Below, piece by piece: positions 1-10,268 of a stretch of 64,000 nt of DNA. The position numbers and the translations under genes were made by a program. Where the stretch lies: positions 1,056,001-1,120,000 of the forward strand of contig OY759746.1 of the NCBI GenBank assembly GCA_963662795.1. The letters run 5' to 3'. The stretch comes from Spirochaetia bacterium. Lineage in GTDB: Bacteria > Spirochaetota > Spirochaetia > CADAEX01. Numbering within the stretch: position 1 is the stretch's first letter; each line of letters starts with the position of its first letter. Below the pieces are notes generated by a model. That model was not told where the DNA came from. It saw only the letters and a list, made by a program, of their open reading frames with translations, and did not search any database.

Positions 1-1173
1 TTTTTTTACTTCAGTACCGGGAAGAAGAATAGTGCCTCCGGAGCTGTAGGTAAAATCAAATTCCAGATCTGATGATACCACAACCCTGTGTTTTCTTACC
101 CCTTCAAGAATTGAGGATAATGACCCTGATTTGGCAAAAACCCTGGTAGCCGGCTGACCAAGCTGCGAAGCAGAAAAACCGGAATGGGTGTCGCTGCCTC
201 CGATTCCTGTAATTCTGTAACCCTCATTCCAGAGATGATCAATCATTTTAAGCGCTTTTTCATTTGTATCTCCCAGATTTCTGTCATGAGGATCTGTTAT
301 CAGCTCAATAGAATCGATCCATGAAAGAGGCAGATCGTTATAAATCCACTGCCAGGGAACAAAAAAAGGATGGTTGATTGAGACAAGTACCCGGTTGTTC
401 CTGAAGTTCTCAATAATTGGAGCAAGGTCTTTCCACGAAGGATCCGGTCCTTTTTCAAGAATACTTTCAGGCATATAACAGAGACCCAGCGCGTTGAAAT
501 GACCGCGGCTTAATGTTACTTCGAAAGAAGGAAATACACTTATCCCTTTTCTTTCGGGGAAACCGGTTGTAAGAATATTGTGCTCGGTGATAAAAAAGAA
601 ATCCAGATTCCTGGATATTCCCTCATCTATAAGCTCTGAGGGAGAAGCAGAACCATCTGAGAGAATTGTGTGGGCATGAAAATCTCCGCTAAGCCATTTA
701 CTTTCAACAGTATCAATGTTTTCAGGTTCAAAATCCTTAAGATGAACAATCCCTTTCGACAACGCGGCCTGCCCGATCCAGCTGACATAATCGCAGGAAG
801 CTGTCTCATTTTCAGCTTGGTCATAAACCTTCACGTCATACAATACCCTTCCCATCGTCCTGTTTGTCCAGGCTCCGAAGGTGTAAACCTTTATGTGCCA
901 CTCCCCTTTCCTGATTTCTCCGGGAATAGTGCCTATACAGGATTTTTCCGCATCCCGGTTAAGAATAATCTTTACTGGTACATCCGCTCCCATGCGCTGG
1001 ACTCTTAGTATTCCCTGCGGATCTATAACATGGAAAAAAATATGCTTTCCTCCCCCGAAGAATTCAAACTCAAGGGAGGAAATATCTTTATCAATATTGA
1101 AAACAGATGAGGAAACATAGTTTGACGGTTTGTCATTATCCACAAACCCTTCGGTTTTAAATATTAAGCTCAT
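1..1173 (-). CDS. PHP-domain metallohydrolase (CehA/McbA-like), 3' end runs off the window
   Basis: Not in the ORF track (no stop in window). Manual translation from ATG 1173 (MSLIFKTEGF...) gives WLSGDFHAHTILSDG and LDFFFITEHN, typical PHP metal-binding motifs; starts 4 nt after the permease stop. Confidence 0.8.
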   Translation of the reverse strand, partial: MSLIFKTEGFVDNDKPSNYVSSSVFNIDKDISSLEFEFFGGGKHIFFHVIDPQGILRVQRMGADVPVKIILNRDAEKSCIGTIPGEIRKGEWHIKVYTFGAWTNRTMGRVLYDVKVYDQAENETASCDYVSWIGQAALSKGIVHLKDFEPENIDTVESKWLSGDFHAHTILSDGSASPSELIDEGISRNLDFFFITEHNILTTGFPERKGISVFPSFEVTLSRGHFNALGLCYMPESILEKGPDPSWKDLAPIIENFRNNRVLVSINHPFFVPWQWIYNDLPLSWIDSIELITDPHDRNLGDTNEKALKMIDHLWNEGYRITGIGGSDTHSGFSASQLGQPATRVFAKSGSLSSILEGVRKHRVVVSSDLEFDFTYSSGGTILLPGTEVKK

Positions 1174-1177
1174 TTAT

Positions 1178-2056
1178 TTACTTCAAGGCGGGATCCAGTT
1201 TATCCCTGACCCAGTCCCCCATTATACTCATTGAAAGCGTGGTAATAAAAATTGTAATTGCCGGAATTATGGCAAGCCACCAGGCGGTGAGAATATAGTC
1301 CCTGCCGAAACCCACCATGTTCCCAAGGCTTGTGTTGGGAGGCTGGATACCGAGTCCAAGGAAGCTTAATGATGTTTCCATCATGATAACCTGAGGGAAG
1401 TTAAGCGTCATGTTTACTATAAGAGTGTTTCCTACGTTTGGCAGAATATGCCGCAGATAAATCCTGACCGGGGATGCCCCGAAAGATCTTACCGCTACCG
1501 CATAGCCCTGCTCTTCCGCGGAAAGGGCAAGCCCTCTCGCGAACCTGGCATATCTTTCCCAGCCGTAGATACCCATTATCCCGATAAAAAGGACAATACT
1601 GTTCTCAAAGAAAGCTATTACGGCGAGAGCAAGAATCATGAACGGCAGGCTTGCCTGAAAATCAACAAGCATCATAATAAAGTCGTCGACCGCCCCCCTG
1701 AAGTGGGCCGCAAAAAATCCCAATGTTGTGCCGGCTATTGCGCATATAACTGTTCCGAGTATAGCTACCAGAAGACTTAAGCGGATTGAATGAAACAGTC
1801 TGCTTAATATATCTCTGCCAAGATCATCAGTTCCAAAAAAATGGGCACTATCGCCGCCGTCCATCCATGAGGGAGGAATCAGCCTTCCTGAAAGGCTTAT
1901 CTGCTGAAAATCGTATGGAGCTATAACAGGTGCGGCAATCCCTATGAGTATCATTACAAGAACCCATACTGCCGCTACAACTACAATAACGGTTTTTCCC
2001 TTGATTTTATTTTCAGATAACGCAATCCTGTTACCGCTGGTTTTATTATTATACAT
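1178..2056 (-). CDS. Peptide/nickel/opine-family ABC transporter permease (DppC/OppC-like)
   Basis: HFFGTDDLGRD motif, EAA-like loop (YAVAVRSFGASPVRIYLRHILPN), ETSLSFLGLG. Confidence 0.93.
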   Translation of the reverse strand: MYNNKTSGNRIALSENKIKGKTVIVVVAAVWVLVMILIGIAAPVIAPYDFQQISLSGRLIPPSWMDGGDSAHFFGTDDLGRDILSRLFHSIRLSLLVAILGTVICAIAGTTLGFFAAHFRGAVDDFIMMLVDFQASLPFMILALAVIAFFENSIVLFIGIMGIYGWERYARFARGLALSAEEQGYAVAVRSFGASPVRIYLRHILPNVGNTLIVNMTLNFPQVIMMETSLSFLGLGIQPPNTSLGNMVGFGRDYILTAWWLAIIPAITIFITTLSMSIMGDWVRDKLDPALK

Positions 2057-2058
2057 TG

Positions 2059-2991
2059 TTATTCTCCCCCTCTTGAAAGGCTTACCCTGGGGTCAAGCAG
2101 CCCGTAAACAAAATCTACTGCAAGATTGGTTACAACCATTGAACAGCTTATAAGCATTACAATAACCTGAACTACGTTATAGTCCCTGTGCTTGACTGAA
2201 TATACAAGGAGCCTTCCGATTCCGGGCCAGCCGAAAATTGACTCTGTTATTACAGCGCCTGCAATAATAAGCCCTATCCAGAATCCGCATATGGTAACGA
2301 TTGGTATTGAAGCGTTTGGGAGCGCATGCCTTCGGACTACCTGCCACCAGGTGAGCCCTTTTGCAAGAGCTGTCTTTACATATGGCTGGTAAAGCACTTC
2401 AAGCATCGCAGAACGTGTAAAACGGGCAAAGATTGCGGCTTCTACTATTGTCATTGTAAGAATAGGCATAATGTAATGGCGCCAGGTTCCGCTTCCTGCG
2501 GACGGGAGCCATCCCAGCTGTATGGAAAAAAGGAGAACCAGAAGTACCCCGACAACAAATGTCGGCATACTGTAGCCTGCCACGGCAAAGATCATTATTA
2601 ATCTGTCTTTATTGCTGTTGTGATAAAGGGATGCAAGCAGCCCCAGAAAGATTCCGACTGCAAATGTTAGAGCCGTTGTGATTGCCATGAGAATCAGTGT
2701 ATTGGGAAGCCTTAAGAGAACAGAATCAAGCGCGCTTGTCCCTTCAAGGATGGACTGTCCCAGGTCTCCTCTTACAGCATTGGATATAAACCTTAAATAC
2801 TGCACGATGACAGGATCATCAAGACCCCATTTAGCACGAAAGGCTTCGACAGCTTCGGGGCTTGCTTCAAGCCCGAGCACAGAGACAGTCGGGTCTCCGG
2901 AAAGCCGTAATATCATAAATACAAATGTCGTAACCATGAAAACAGTAAAAAAAGCCCTGATAACTTTTCTGATGTAATATGCGCTGTTCAT
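2059..2991 (-). CDS. ABC transporter permease (DppB/OppB-like)
   Basis: GLDDPVIVQY, GDLGQS, YVKTALAKGL, TESIFGWPGIG. Start set at ATG 2991 (ATGA overlap with upstream stop). Confidence 0.93.
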   Translation of the reverse strand: MNSAYYIRKVIRAFFTVFMVTTFVFMILRLSGDPTVSVLGLEASPEAVEAFRAKWGLDDPVIVQYLRFISNAVRGDLGQSILEGTSALDSVLLRLPNTLILMAITTALTFAVGIFLGLLASLYHNSNKDRLIMIFAVAGYSMPTFVVGVLLVLLFSIQLGWLPSAGSGTWRHYIMPILTMTIVEAAIFARFTRSAMLEVLYQPYVKTALAKGLTWWQVVRRHALPNASIPIVTICGFWIGLIIAGAVITESIFGWPGIGRLLVYSVKHRDYNVVQVIVMLISCSMVVTNLAVDFVYGLLDPRVSLSRGGE

Positions 2992-3983
2992 TTCCATACC
3001 TCCCCTTCAAGAGCAAAGCAGGCCGCTTTCCTTCCATCATCAAGTACTTTAAGATCCGGCTGAACCTTTGAGCATTGAGGCCTGGCAAGAGGACAGCGGG
3101 GGTGAAACCTGCAGCCGGACGGCGGCCTGAACAAACTCGGGATCTCTCCTTCAAGAATTGTTTCTTCCCTTTTTACCCTCGGATCGGGAATCGGAATAGC
3201 GTTTATAAGCGATTTCGTATAGGGATGAAGAGGCCTGTTGAACAGCAGTTCGCTTTCTCCATGCTCTACAATATTTCCCATATACATAACTGCCGTATCG
3301 TCGCAAAGGTGTCTTACCATTGAAAGATCGTGACTTATAAAAAGAAGGGTAATGCCTCTTTCCTCCCGTATCTGCATTAGCAGGTTGACGACCTGCGACT
3401 GGATTGACACATCAAGTGCAGAAATGGGTTCATCGCATATCAGTATTTCCGGATCAAGTATCATCGCCCTGGCAAGGACAATCCTCTGCCTCTGGCCGCC
3501 TGAAAGCTGATGCGGATACATTTTCCCGTGACTTTCCTTCATTCCCACAGATTCAAGCAGGGAAACCGCTTTTTTATAGTAATCCCTTATATTTTTTCTG
3601 CCGTAATGAATGATCAGTGGTTCATATATCTGCTGGAGGACAGGGATCCTCGGATTTAAAGCTCCCATCGGGTCCTGAAAAACATACTGGATATCCCGTC
3701 TGATCCTTTTTTTCTCTTCCCCTTTAAGCCCTGTAAGTTCTTTATCATGATATGTGATTGTCCCTGCTGTAGGTGAATAAATATCCATGATGATTTTGGC
3801 AGTCGTTGATTTCCCGCAGCCTGATTCTCCGACCAGTCCCAGGGCTTCTCCCTTTTTTATGGTAAAATCTATCCCGTTTAAAACATGAACATGCTTTTTC
3901 TTCTGCCAGGGCATTCCATTATTCTTGACACGAAATTTTTTGGAAAGATCGTTTACTTTCAATATTTCTTTTACAGTTTCCAA
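2988..3983 (-). CDS. ABC transporter ATP-binding protein (DppF/OppF-like)
   Basis: GESGCGKST, LSGGQRQR, ICDEP, C-terminal oligopeptide-ABC Cys motif (GCRFHPRC...C). Confidence 0.95.
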   Translation of the reverse strand: METVKEILKVNDLSKKFRVKNNGMPWQKKKHVHVLNGIDFTIKKGEALGLVGESGCGKSTTAKIIMDIYSPTAGTITYHDKELTGLKGEEKKRIRRDIQYVFQDPMGALNPRIPVLQQIYEPLIIHYGRKNIRDYYKKAVSLLESVGMKESHGKMYPHQLSGGQRQRIVLARAMILDPEILICDEPISALDVSIQSQVVNLLMQIREERGITLLFISHDLSMVRHLCDDTAVMYMGNIVEHGESELLFNRPLHPYTKSLINAIPIPDPRVKREETILEGEIPSLFRPPSGCRFHPRCPLARPQCSKVQPDLKVLDDGRKAACFALEGEVWK

Positions 3984-4969
3984 ACCATTCCCTCCTTTAC
4001 CGGATTAAAGCAGAAAAAATGCCTTGATTCCTCTTTAATGCTTTCAGGACTTTCATCCCTGCACTTATCCACTACATTCATGCATCTGTCATAAAAAGGA
4101 CAGCCTTCAAAAAGTTTCTCCGGTGCAGGGACAACACCCTCGATTGTAAAAAGTTTTTTAACCTTGATGTCTATTCTGGGTTTTGAAGAAAGCAGTCCGA
4201 AAGTATAAGGATGCCTCGGTTCAACAAGAACATCCTCAACACGGCCGTATTCCATGATCCTGCCGCCGTACATGACAGCAGCACGATCGCAGGTTTCAGC
4301 AACTACTCCAAGATCATGAGTGACAAGGATTATGGCCATATTTCTTTCTTTGCGGAGTTTTTTCAGTAGCCGCAGTATCTGGGCCTGTATTGTTACATCA
4401 AGGGCTGTAGTGGGTTCATCAGCTATAAGAAGCTTTGGATTTCCCGCAAGCATGATAGCAATCATGACTCTCTGGTTCTGGCCGCCTGAAAGCTGATGGG
4501 GAAATTCTCCCATCTTTTTTTCCGGGTCAGGAATTCCAACTTCTTTTAAAAGTTTTGCTGCCTCATCCTTATAAACCCCCGATCCTTTCCCTTCAAGATC
4601 TTTTCTCAGCATCAAAGCTTCCAGCAGCTGGGTTCCGATATTCTGTACAGGGTTAAGTGAACTCTGGGCATCCTGGAATATCATTGCAATTTCTTTTCCC
4701 CTTACCGCGGTTATTTCATTTTCTGAGCAGCTTAACAGGTCTTTACCGCCGAACAGGACTTCCCCTTCTGTCCAGCCCCGTTCACCAAGAAGTCTGACCA
4801 CTGCAAAGCAGGTGACGCTTTTACCGCTGCCTGACTCGCCTACTATGCCCAGTATTTCACCAGGCCCGACTTCCAGGTTAACGCCCCGGACAACAGGATT
4901 CCCTTCATGTGCACCGTTAAAGCCGACAGAAAGATTTTTTATCTGCAGAAGCGGATTTGTAATATTCAT
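3971..4969 (-). CDS. ABC transporter ATP-binding protein (DppD/OppD-like)
   Basis: GESGSGKS, LSGGQNQR, IADEPTTALDVTIQAQIL, HPYT. Confidence 0.95.
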   Translation of the reverse strand: MNITNPLLQIKNLSVGFNGAHEGNPVVRGVNLEVGPGEILGIVGESGSGKSVTCFAVVRLLGERGWTEGEVLFGGKDLLSCSENEITAVRGKEIAMIFQDAQSSLNPVQNIGTQLLEALMLRKDLEGKGSGVYKDEAAKLLKEVGIPDPEKKMGEFPHQLSGGQNQRVMIAIMLAGNPKLLIADEPTTALDVTIQAQILRLLKKLRKERNMAIILVTHDLGVVAETCDRAAVMYGGRIMEYGRVEDVLVEPRHPYTFGLLSSKPRIDIKVKKLFTIEGVVPAPEKLFEGCPFYDRCMNVVDKCRDESPESIKEESRHFFCFNPVKEGMVWKL

Positions 4970-4980
4970 AGATCAACTCC

Positions 4981-5019
4981 AAAAAAGCCGGGGACATGCT
5001 GATCTGCAGCCTGTCCCCG
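4981..5019 (-). terminator. Stem-loop plus U tract after the SBP gene (intra-operon terminator or mRNA stabiliser)
   Basis: CGGGGACA (4989-4996) / TGTCCCCG (5012-5019) inverted repeat, followed on the minus strand by GCTTTTTT. Confidence 0.7.
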
Positions 5020-5050
5020 TAATTTTATTTTACAAGGTCACAATCATTCA

Positions 5051-6607
5051 TCAATTGGAAAGTTCTACCTTACCTGCCCTGAAATCCATGAAATGCGAAC
5101 CGCTTGTTTCCCATTTAACTTTATCGCTCTGTCCGTAAAAGAGCGGAAGAAGATAAAGATAGGTTCCGGGAGGATCAATGTTTTCTGATATTTCAAGCAT
5201 ACTGGCGACAGCTTTTCTTCTTGAAGCAGGATCAGTGCCGTTAACTGTTTCAAAGTTTTTATTGAATTCATCATTTGCCTTCCACATTTTATGAACCTGG
5301 AACCATCCATCCGGACCGTAAAGACGGGCAATCTGTGACAGAGGGTCGGAGAAAATTGCTGTTGCAGACCAGTTAATGATTCCCCTTCCCGGAGCTGCTT
5401 CATCTGTTTCAATCTGGTCCCAGTTTTCCTTAAGTTCAAGCTTCACATTAAGGCCTACATCAGCCCACATCTGCTGAAGAATCTGGGCAGTGGCAACCTC
5501 GCCTGTGTAGTAGTCAACCATGTATCTGTAGCCGATCTCTTCACCCTTATAGCCTGCTTCTTTCAGAAGTTTTTTTGCTTTTTCAGGATTAAAACCTACA
5601 GGTTTAAACTCCTTGATATACATATCTCCGAAATTCTTCATCTGAACACCTTTAGGCACTTCAGAAAGACCTTTGAAAATAGTGTTGTTGATAAGTTCCC
5701 TGTCTATTGAATAGTTAAGGGCAAGGCGGATTCTCGGGTCCTTAAGTACAGGGGAAGCAACGCTGTCATAAATAATTACCCTGACGTTATTGATCGGGCC
5801 GCCGGTAACTTTAAAGCCTTTCTTCTTTTCGATAGTGCTGAACTGGTCAGGCATAACCTCGGTGATTATATCATAGTCATTTGAAAGAAGACCCATTATT
5901 CTGGGTGACATTTCAGGAATTACTATATACTTGATTCCGTCAAGAGGCGCTTTGTCTCCATAATAGTCATTGAATTTTTTGAATGTTATATATTCATCCG
6001 GTTTAAATTCTGAAACATAATAGGGACCGAATCCGACCGGTTTTACCATCCACTCTTCCCAGCTTTTTTTGGTTTTGTATGAATCTCCGCAGATAATTGC
6101 TGAGGTAATATATGTAAACCTCAAAAGAAGAAGCGGGTCCGGTTTTTCTTTTGTAAATCTTACAGTGTAATCATCAATCTTTTCAATTGACTGAAAAAGC
6201 CCGGTATACTGTTTAAAGGCATCATAGCCAGGATCTTCGGGAACCTTGCATCTGCCTTCCCCGAAAGAAACAAGTACATCATCAGCATTGAGCGGGAACC
6301 CTGCATGGGAAACTATCCCTTTCTTCAGTTTGAATTCCACAGTTCTGTCATTGATCTGCTTCCAGCTTTCCGCGAGCATCGGGATAATTTTTCCGTCCGG
6401 TGCAACTTCAATCAGGGTTTCATGCATATTTCTCATTACACGCTCTGATACATTGTCGCTGTTTGCTACAGTATCGAGAAATCTCGGATTATCCGGCACA
6501 CCTACTCTTAAAACTTTTTCCTTTGTCTGTTCCTGTTTACCACCCGCAAAACCTGCCGTGGCAACAGAAACTGATAAAATCAATAAAAAAATCATAAATT
6601 TTTTCAT
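5051..6607 (-). CDS. Family-5 ABC substrate-binding protein
   Basis: Start MKKFMIF at 6607 with GGAGGA SD; signal peptide ending FAGGKQE; PMLAESW, PVGFGPY, RIRLALNYSIDR motifs. Confidence 0.92.
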   Translation of the reverse strand: MKKFMIFLLILSVSVATAGFAGGKQEQTKEKVLRVGVPDNPRFLDTVANSDNVSERVMRNMHETLIEVAPDGKIIPMLAESWKQINDRTVEFKLKKGIVSHAGFPLNADDVLVSFGEGRCKVPEDPGYDAFKQYTGLFQSIEKIDDYTVRFTKEKPDPLLLLRFTYITSAIICGDSYKTKKSWEEWMVKPVGFGPYYVSEFKPDEYITFKKFNDYYGDKAPLDGIKYIVIPEMSPRIMGLLSNDYDIITEVMPDQFSTIEKKKGFKVTGGPINNVRVIIYDSVASPVLKDPRIRLALNYSIDRELINNTIFKGLSEVPKGVQMKNFGDMYIKEFKPVGFNPEKAKKLLKEAGYKGEEIGYRYMVDYYTGEVATAQILQQMWADVGLNVKLELKENWDQIETDEAAPGRGIINWSATAIFSDPLSQIARLYGPDGWFQVHKMWKANDEFNKNFETVNGTDPASRRKAVASMLEISENIDPPGTYLYLLPLFYGQSDKVKWETSGSHFMDFRAGKVELSN

Positions 6608-6816
6608 ACGATCCTCCTGTTTTTTTAAAAATTCTATACCCGGCACCGGGATCTGTATATTTACAATTTTTAACCTGTTTACAAAAAATAATTTTCCGGA
6701 GCTCTTTTTCACCTGAATGAATATATAATTATTAATATTAGTATTTTTTATTATGCGTAAGCACCAAGTCTCTATTAATTCGTGATTCAAAGGCAGGGAT
6801 GAACCGATATGTGATA

Positions 6817-9051
6817 TCAGTCTTTTCTTGTCATCATTTCCCTGTATTTACCCGGACTTATACCGGTGAGGCTTTTAAAATTCCTGATAAACGTTGTTTC
6901 ATTATAATAGCCGACTATTTTTGTAATATCTTTAACACTGATATCACTTTCTTCAAGCAGTATCTTTTTAGCCTCTTCAATCCTGCAGATATTGATGTAC
7001 TGAAGCAGCCCTGTATCGTTGACTTCCTTGAATATTTTCGAAAGATACTGTGTTGTAACACCCAGACTTTCAGCTATCCCGGGCCCTGATATATTTTTAC
7101 CGCTGTAATTTTTCTCTATATATTTTTTGGCAGATAACGCAATATCTGATACATTTCTGTCCGGTGAAAGCAGGGCAAGTTCAGAGAAAATCAGATCGGC
7201 AGTTTTTCTGAACTGCAGGAAACTCTTGCATTCCATTATTTTTTTTACAAGATTTTTCAGGTTTTCCCTGTCGCTGCGAAGGATGGTATTAAGCGCTTCT
7301 ATCAGGATATTCTGAAACCCGGCAAGCCTTAGTTTGAGTATGTCAATATCAATATAGTTTTCTTCGATTGAATTGATTCCCCCTTCCATGACTGTCTTTG
7401 CCTCATCATAATTTCCGGCAGCCAGAAGGTTATATATCTTGTACTCATCCTCAAGATAGGAAAGATAGCGGAAAGTGCGGCTCTTTTCCAGATTCTTAAG
7501 CTCTCTGAAAAGGAGGATCTCTTTTTCTTCAAGGAGGGTCCTGTATTCAAGCACCCGCAGAGCTTCACTGTAAGAGAGTGATATACCTGCAAGTGAATCA
7601 TAAATCTGGCCTGACGTGACAAGAAAATCAATTTCGCTTCCTTCCCTTATAAGTGAGGATATCTCTGCCAGGGTATTTTTCAGCTGCATATAATCGCTGC
7701 TGCCGATATTGATAATAATTACGTTTTTACCTGAATAGACAAGAGGATAGCAGCTGTATTTTGACTCAAGCGCTTCCTGTTTGCGGATAAGCTCATTTTT
7801 AAATCTGAAAAAGTTCAGGCTGTCATTTTGTCTTAAATCGGCAATCATTACGGCAAAGTACTCGGAAGCAAACGAAACACCGAATGTATCACCGATATCC
7901 GCGGCAAGGGCCTCTCCAATCTCCTCTCCCATTATCAGTCTTCTAAGGAAAACCATTTTGAGATTGTTCTTATTCTTGAGAAAGGTTTCTTTTATACTTA
8001 TATTTTCATCTATTACAGATTTTATGCCGTTTTCAAGCATTTCAAATTCATTTATATAGTTTTCGTAAATCTTTCTGAAATTTTTCTGGCTGAACAGATT
8101 TACAAGCTCGCTTATCGGAACATAGTTTTTCCTTGCAAAAAACAGGGACAGAAAAATTCCGGCAGTAAGACAAATTGCAAGCAGGAAAAGTACCGTCTCC
8201 TGAAATTTTTTAAGTTTTCCGTAAAAAACAGAATCAGGGACAATGATTGTATAATACCAGTCCAGAATATCTGATTTTATAACAGAGATAATCTGTCCGC
8301 TTCTTTCGATTTCGTAGTATTTATCGTTTTCAGGCAGATTATCGGGAAACGCTGCCGCCTCATTTCTCAAAGATGAATCAATTTCAATATTTACGACTGA
8401 AGATAATATCTGCCCGTCACTGTTTAAAATAAATCCGGCCCCTTTTTCTATCCACTCAATCTGCCTGATGCTTTTTTCCAGCATCTCCGGTTTGATAAAA
8501 ACAACCAGGTAATAGTCCGAGCTGTCTTCACTCATCATAAAAAATTTGGTTGTGAAATAAAGTTCAGCTCCTTCCGACAGTCTGTTAATATCATCAAAGG
8601 AAAACGCCTTTCCCTTGTTTACCGACACTTTATCCCAGTCAATTCCGGCTGACTGATAATTATCAGGGATTATTCTTTCTCCCGAGGTCTTCTCCCTTTT
8701 TTCATTGACTATATAGATCTGGTCGATGTATGGATTAAGAAATCTTAATTCCTTGATTTTTTGTTCAATTGAATCCCTGAATTCAGCGTTCTCTTCTTCA
8801 AGTTTAAGATAGAGTCTTATCTGCCTGTCCCAGATAAGCTGATTTGTTATGTTTTCAATCTCGAAAAGTCTGAAATCAAGAAGATCTTTCATCTGGTTCA
8901 GGGTAGTTTTTTTATGAAATAAGCTCTCATATTTTATGATATCAACAGAGTAAAAATAGTTAAAAAGGCTGAAAACAAGGGGTATAATGAAAACCAGAAT
9001 ATATGACGTAAGCCAGATATAGAAGGTTCTCCCCTTTTTTATAATTCCCAT
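6817..9051 (-). CDS. Membrane-anchored AraC-family regulator with extracytoplasmic sensor domain
   Basis: Two TM segments flanking a Cache-like region; C-terminal AraC HTH (YLSKIFK...VGYYNETTFIRNFKSLTGISPGKYR). Confidence 0.88.
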   Translation of the reverse strand: MGIIKKGRTFYIWLTSYILVFIIPLVFSLFNYFYSVDIIKYESLFHKKTTLNQMKDLLDFRLFEIENITNQLIWDRQIRLYLKLEEENAEFRDSIEQKIKELRFLNPYIDQIYIVNEKREKTSGERIIPDNYQSAGIDWDKVSVNKGKAFSFDDINRLSEGAELYFTTKFFMMSEDSSDYYLVVFIKPEMLEKSIRQIEWIEKGAGFILNSDGQILSSVVNIEIDSSLRNEAAAFPDNLPENDKYYEIERSGQIISVIKSDILDWYYTIIVPDSVFYGKLKKFQETVLFLLAICLTAGIFLSLFFARKNYVPISELVNLFSQKNFRKIYENYINEFEMLENGIKSVIDENISIKETFLKNKNNLKMVFLRRLIMGEEIGEALAADIGDTFGVSFASEYFAVMIADLRQNDSLNFFRFKNELIRKQEALESKYSCYPLVYSGKNVIIINIGSSDYMQLKNTLAEISSLIREGSEIDFLVTSGQIYDSLAGISLSYSEALRVLEYRTLLEEKEILLFRELKNLEKSRTFRYLSYLEDEYKIYNLLAAGNYDEAKTVMEGGINSIEENYIDIDILKLRLAGFQNILIEALNTILRSDRENLKNLVKKIMECKSFLQFRKTADLIFSELALLSPDRNVSDIALSAKKYIEKNYSGKNISGPGIAESLGVTTQYLSKIFKEVNDTGLLQYINICRIEEAKKILLEESDISVKDITKIVGYYNETTFIRNFKSLTGISPGKYREMMTRKD

Positions 9052-9069
9052 AGGGGGAATTATAACACA
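9052..9069 (-). promoter_or_regulatory. Extended -10 promoter directly upstream of ATG (probable leaderless mRNA)
   Basis: Minus strand TGTGT-TATAAT-N7-ATG; no SD. Confidence 0.6.
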
Positions 9070-9086
9070 ATTTAATTATTTGCAAT

Positions 9087-10268
9087 TTACATTTTTAACT
9101 TTACATCGGAAAAAGCACTGATAAGCCGTTCGATGTCTTCAAGGCTGTGTTCCGCCGTGATCTGGACCCTGATTCTGGCTTTTCCGGTTGGAACAACAGG
9201 ATATGTAAAGGGAATGACATAAAATCCCTTCAAATAGAGCTGCTGAGCTGCAACAGAAGCCGGCTTTTCATCATAAAACATTACAGGTATTATAGCTGTT
9301 TCCCCGTCCCTGATATCAAACCCGCTTTTTTTCATCCCTTTTCTGAAATAATCGGATTTTTCCCTGATATCAGATATAAGTGAACTTCCTGATTTTTCAA
9401 GAATTGAGAGCGCAGTAAGTACTCCTCCTGCTATCACAGGGGGAAGCGTATTTGAAAAAAGGTAAGGCCGGGATTTCTGCCTGAGCATCTGCACAATTTC
9501 CTTTCTTCCGCAGATGCATCCCCCCGATGCCCCCCCAAGGGCTTTGCCGAATGTTGTTGTAATAATATCGATCTTCCCTGTAACATTGAAATGCTCTGCC
9601 GTTCCCCTGCCTGTTTTTCCTATATACCCGCTTGCGTGCGAATCATCTACCATAACAAGGGCGCTGTATTTTTCCGCAAGGGCGCATATCTCATCAAGCG
9701 GCGCAAGGTCGCCGTCCATGGAGAAAACTCCGTCTGTACAGATTATCCTGAACCTGGAATCTGCAGCCTCCTTGAGTTTTGCCTCAAGGACCGCCATATC
9801 AAGATGGCTGTAACGCAGTCTTTTTGCCTTGCACAGCCTTATCCCGTCAATAATGGAAGCATGGTTAAGTTCATCAGAAATTATCGCGTCATTTTCATCA
9901 AACAGAGGCTCAAATACCCCGCCGTTTGCATCAAAGCAGGCAGCAAAAAGAATCGCGTCCTCGGTTCCTGTAAAATCGGCTATTTTCCTTTCAAGAAGCT
10001 TGTGTATGGACTGTGTACCGCAGATAAAGCGTACAGATGAAAGTCCGAATCCCCATCTTTCAAGCGACTTGATTGCCCCTTTTGCGATATCGCTGCGTCC
10101 TGAAAAGCCCAGGTAGTTATTTGAGCAGAAATTTAGCAGTTTCTTCCCGTCGGAAGTTTCTATCTCCCTGCCCTGCCGGGATATGATCTCCCTTTCAAAT
10201 TTATGAACCCCTCTTTCCTCTATTCCTTTCAAAATATCCTGCGCATATTTCCTGTAAGTGCCATACAT
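9087..10268 (-). CDS. kbl: Glycine C-acetyltransferase (2-amino-3-ketobutyrate CoA ligase)
   Basis: NFCSNNYLG, SVRFICGTQ, DGVFSMDGD, DDSHA, PLP lysine in TFGKALGG. Confidence 0.95.
   Translation of the reverse strand: MYGTYRKYAQDILKGIEERGVHKFEREIISRQGREIETSDGKKLLNFCSNNYLGFSGRSDIAKGAIKSLERWGFGLSSVRFICGTQSIHKLLERKIADFTGTEDAILFAACFDANGGVFEPLFDENDAIISDELNHASIIDGIRLCKAKRLRYSHLDMAVLEAKLKEAADSRFRIICTDGVFSMDGDLAPLDEICALAEKYSALVMVDDSHASGYIGKTGRGTAEHFNVTGKIDIITTTFGKALGGASGGCICGRKEIVQMLRQKSRPYLFSNTLPPVIAGGVLTALSILEKSGSSLISDIREKSDYFRKGMKKSGFDIRDGETAIIPVMFYDEKPASVAAQQLYLKGFYVIPFTYPVVPTGKARIRVQITAEHSLEDIERLISAFSDVKLKM

Noticed and set aside
627-1120. Short track ORFs 627-824, 670-1008 and 893-1120
   Set aside because: Shadows of the PHP hydrolase gene (1-1173, minus strand)
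6608-6790. Long N-terminal extensions in the ORF track (SBP; also tdh, sdaAB, dksA, batA/B)
   Set aside because: Downstream ATG/GTG/TTG starts fit SD, signal peptide or family N-termini better
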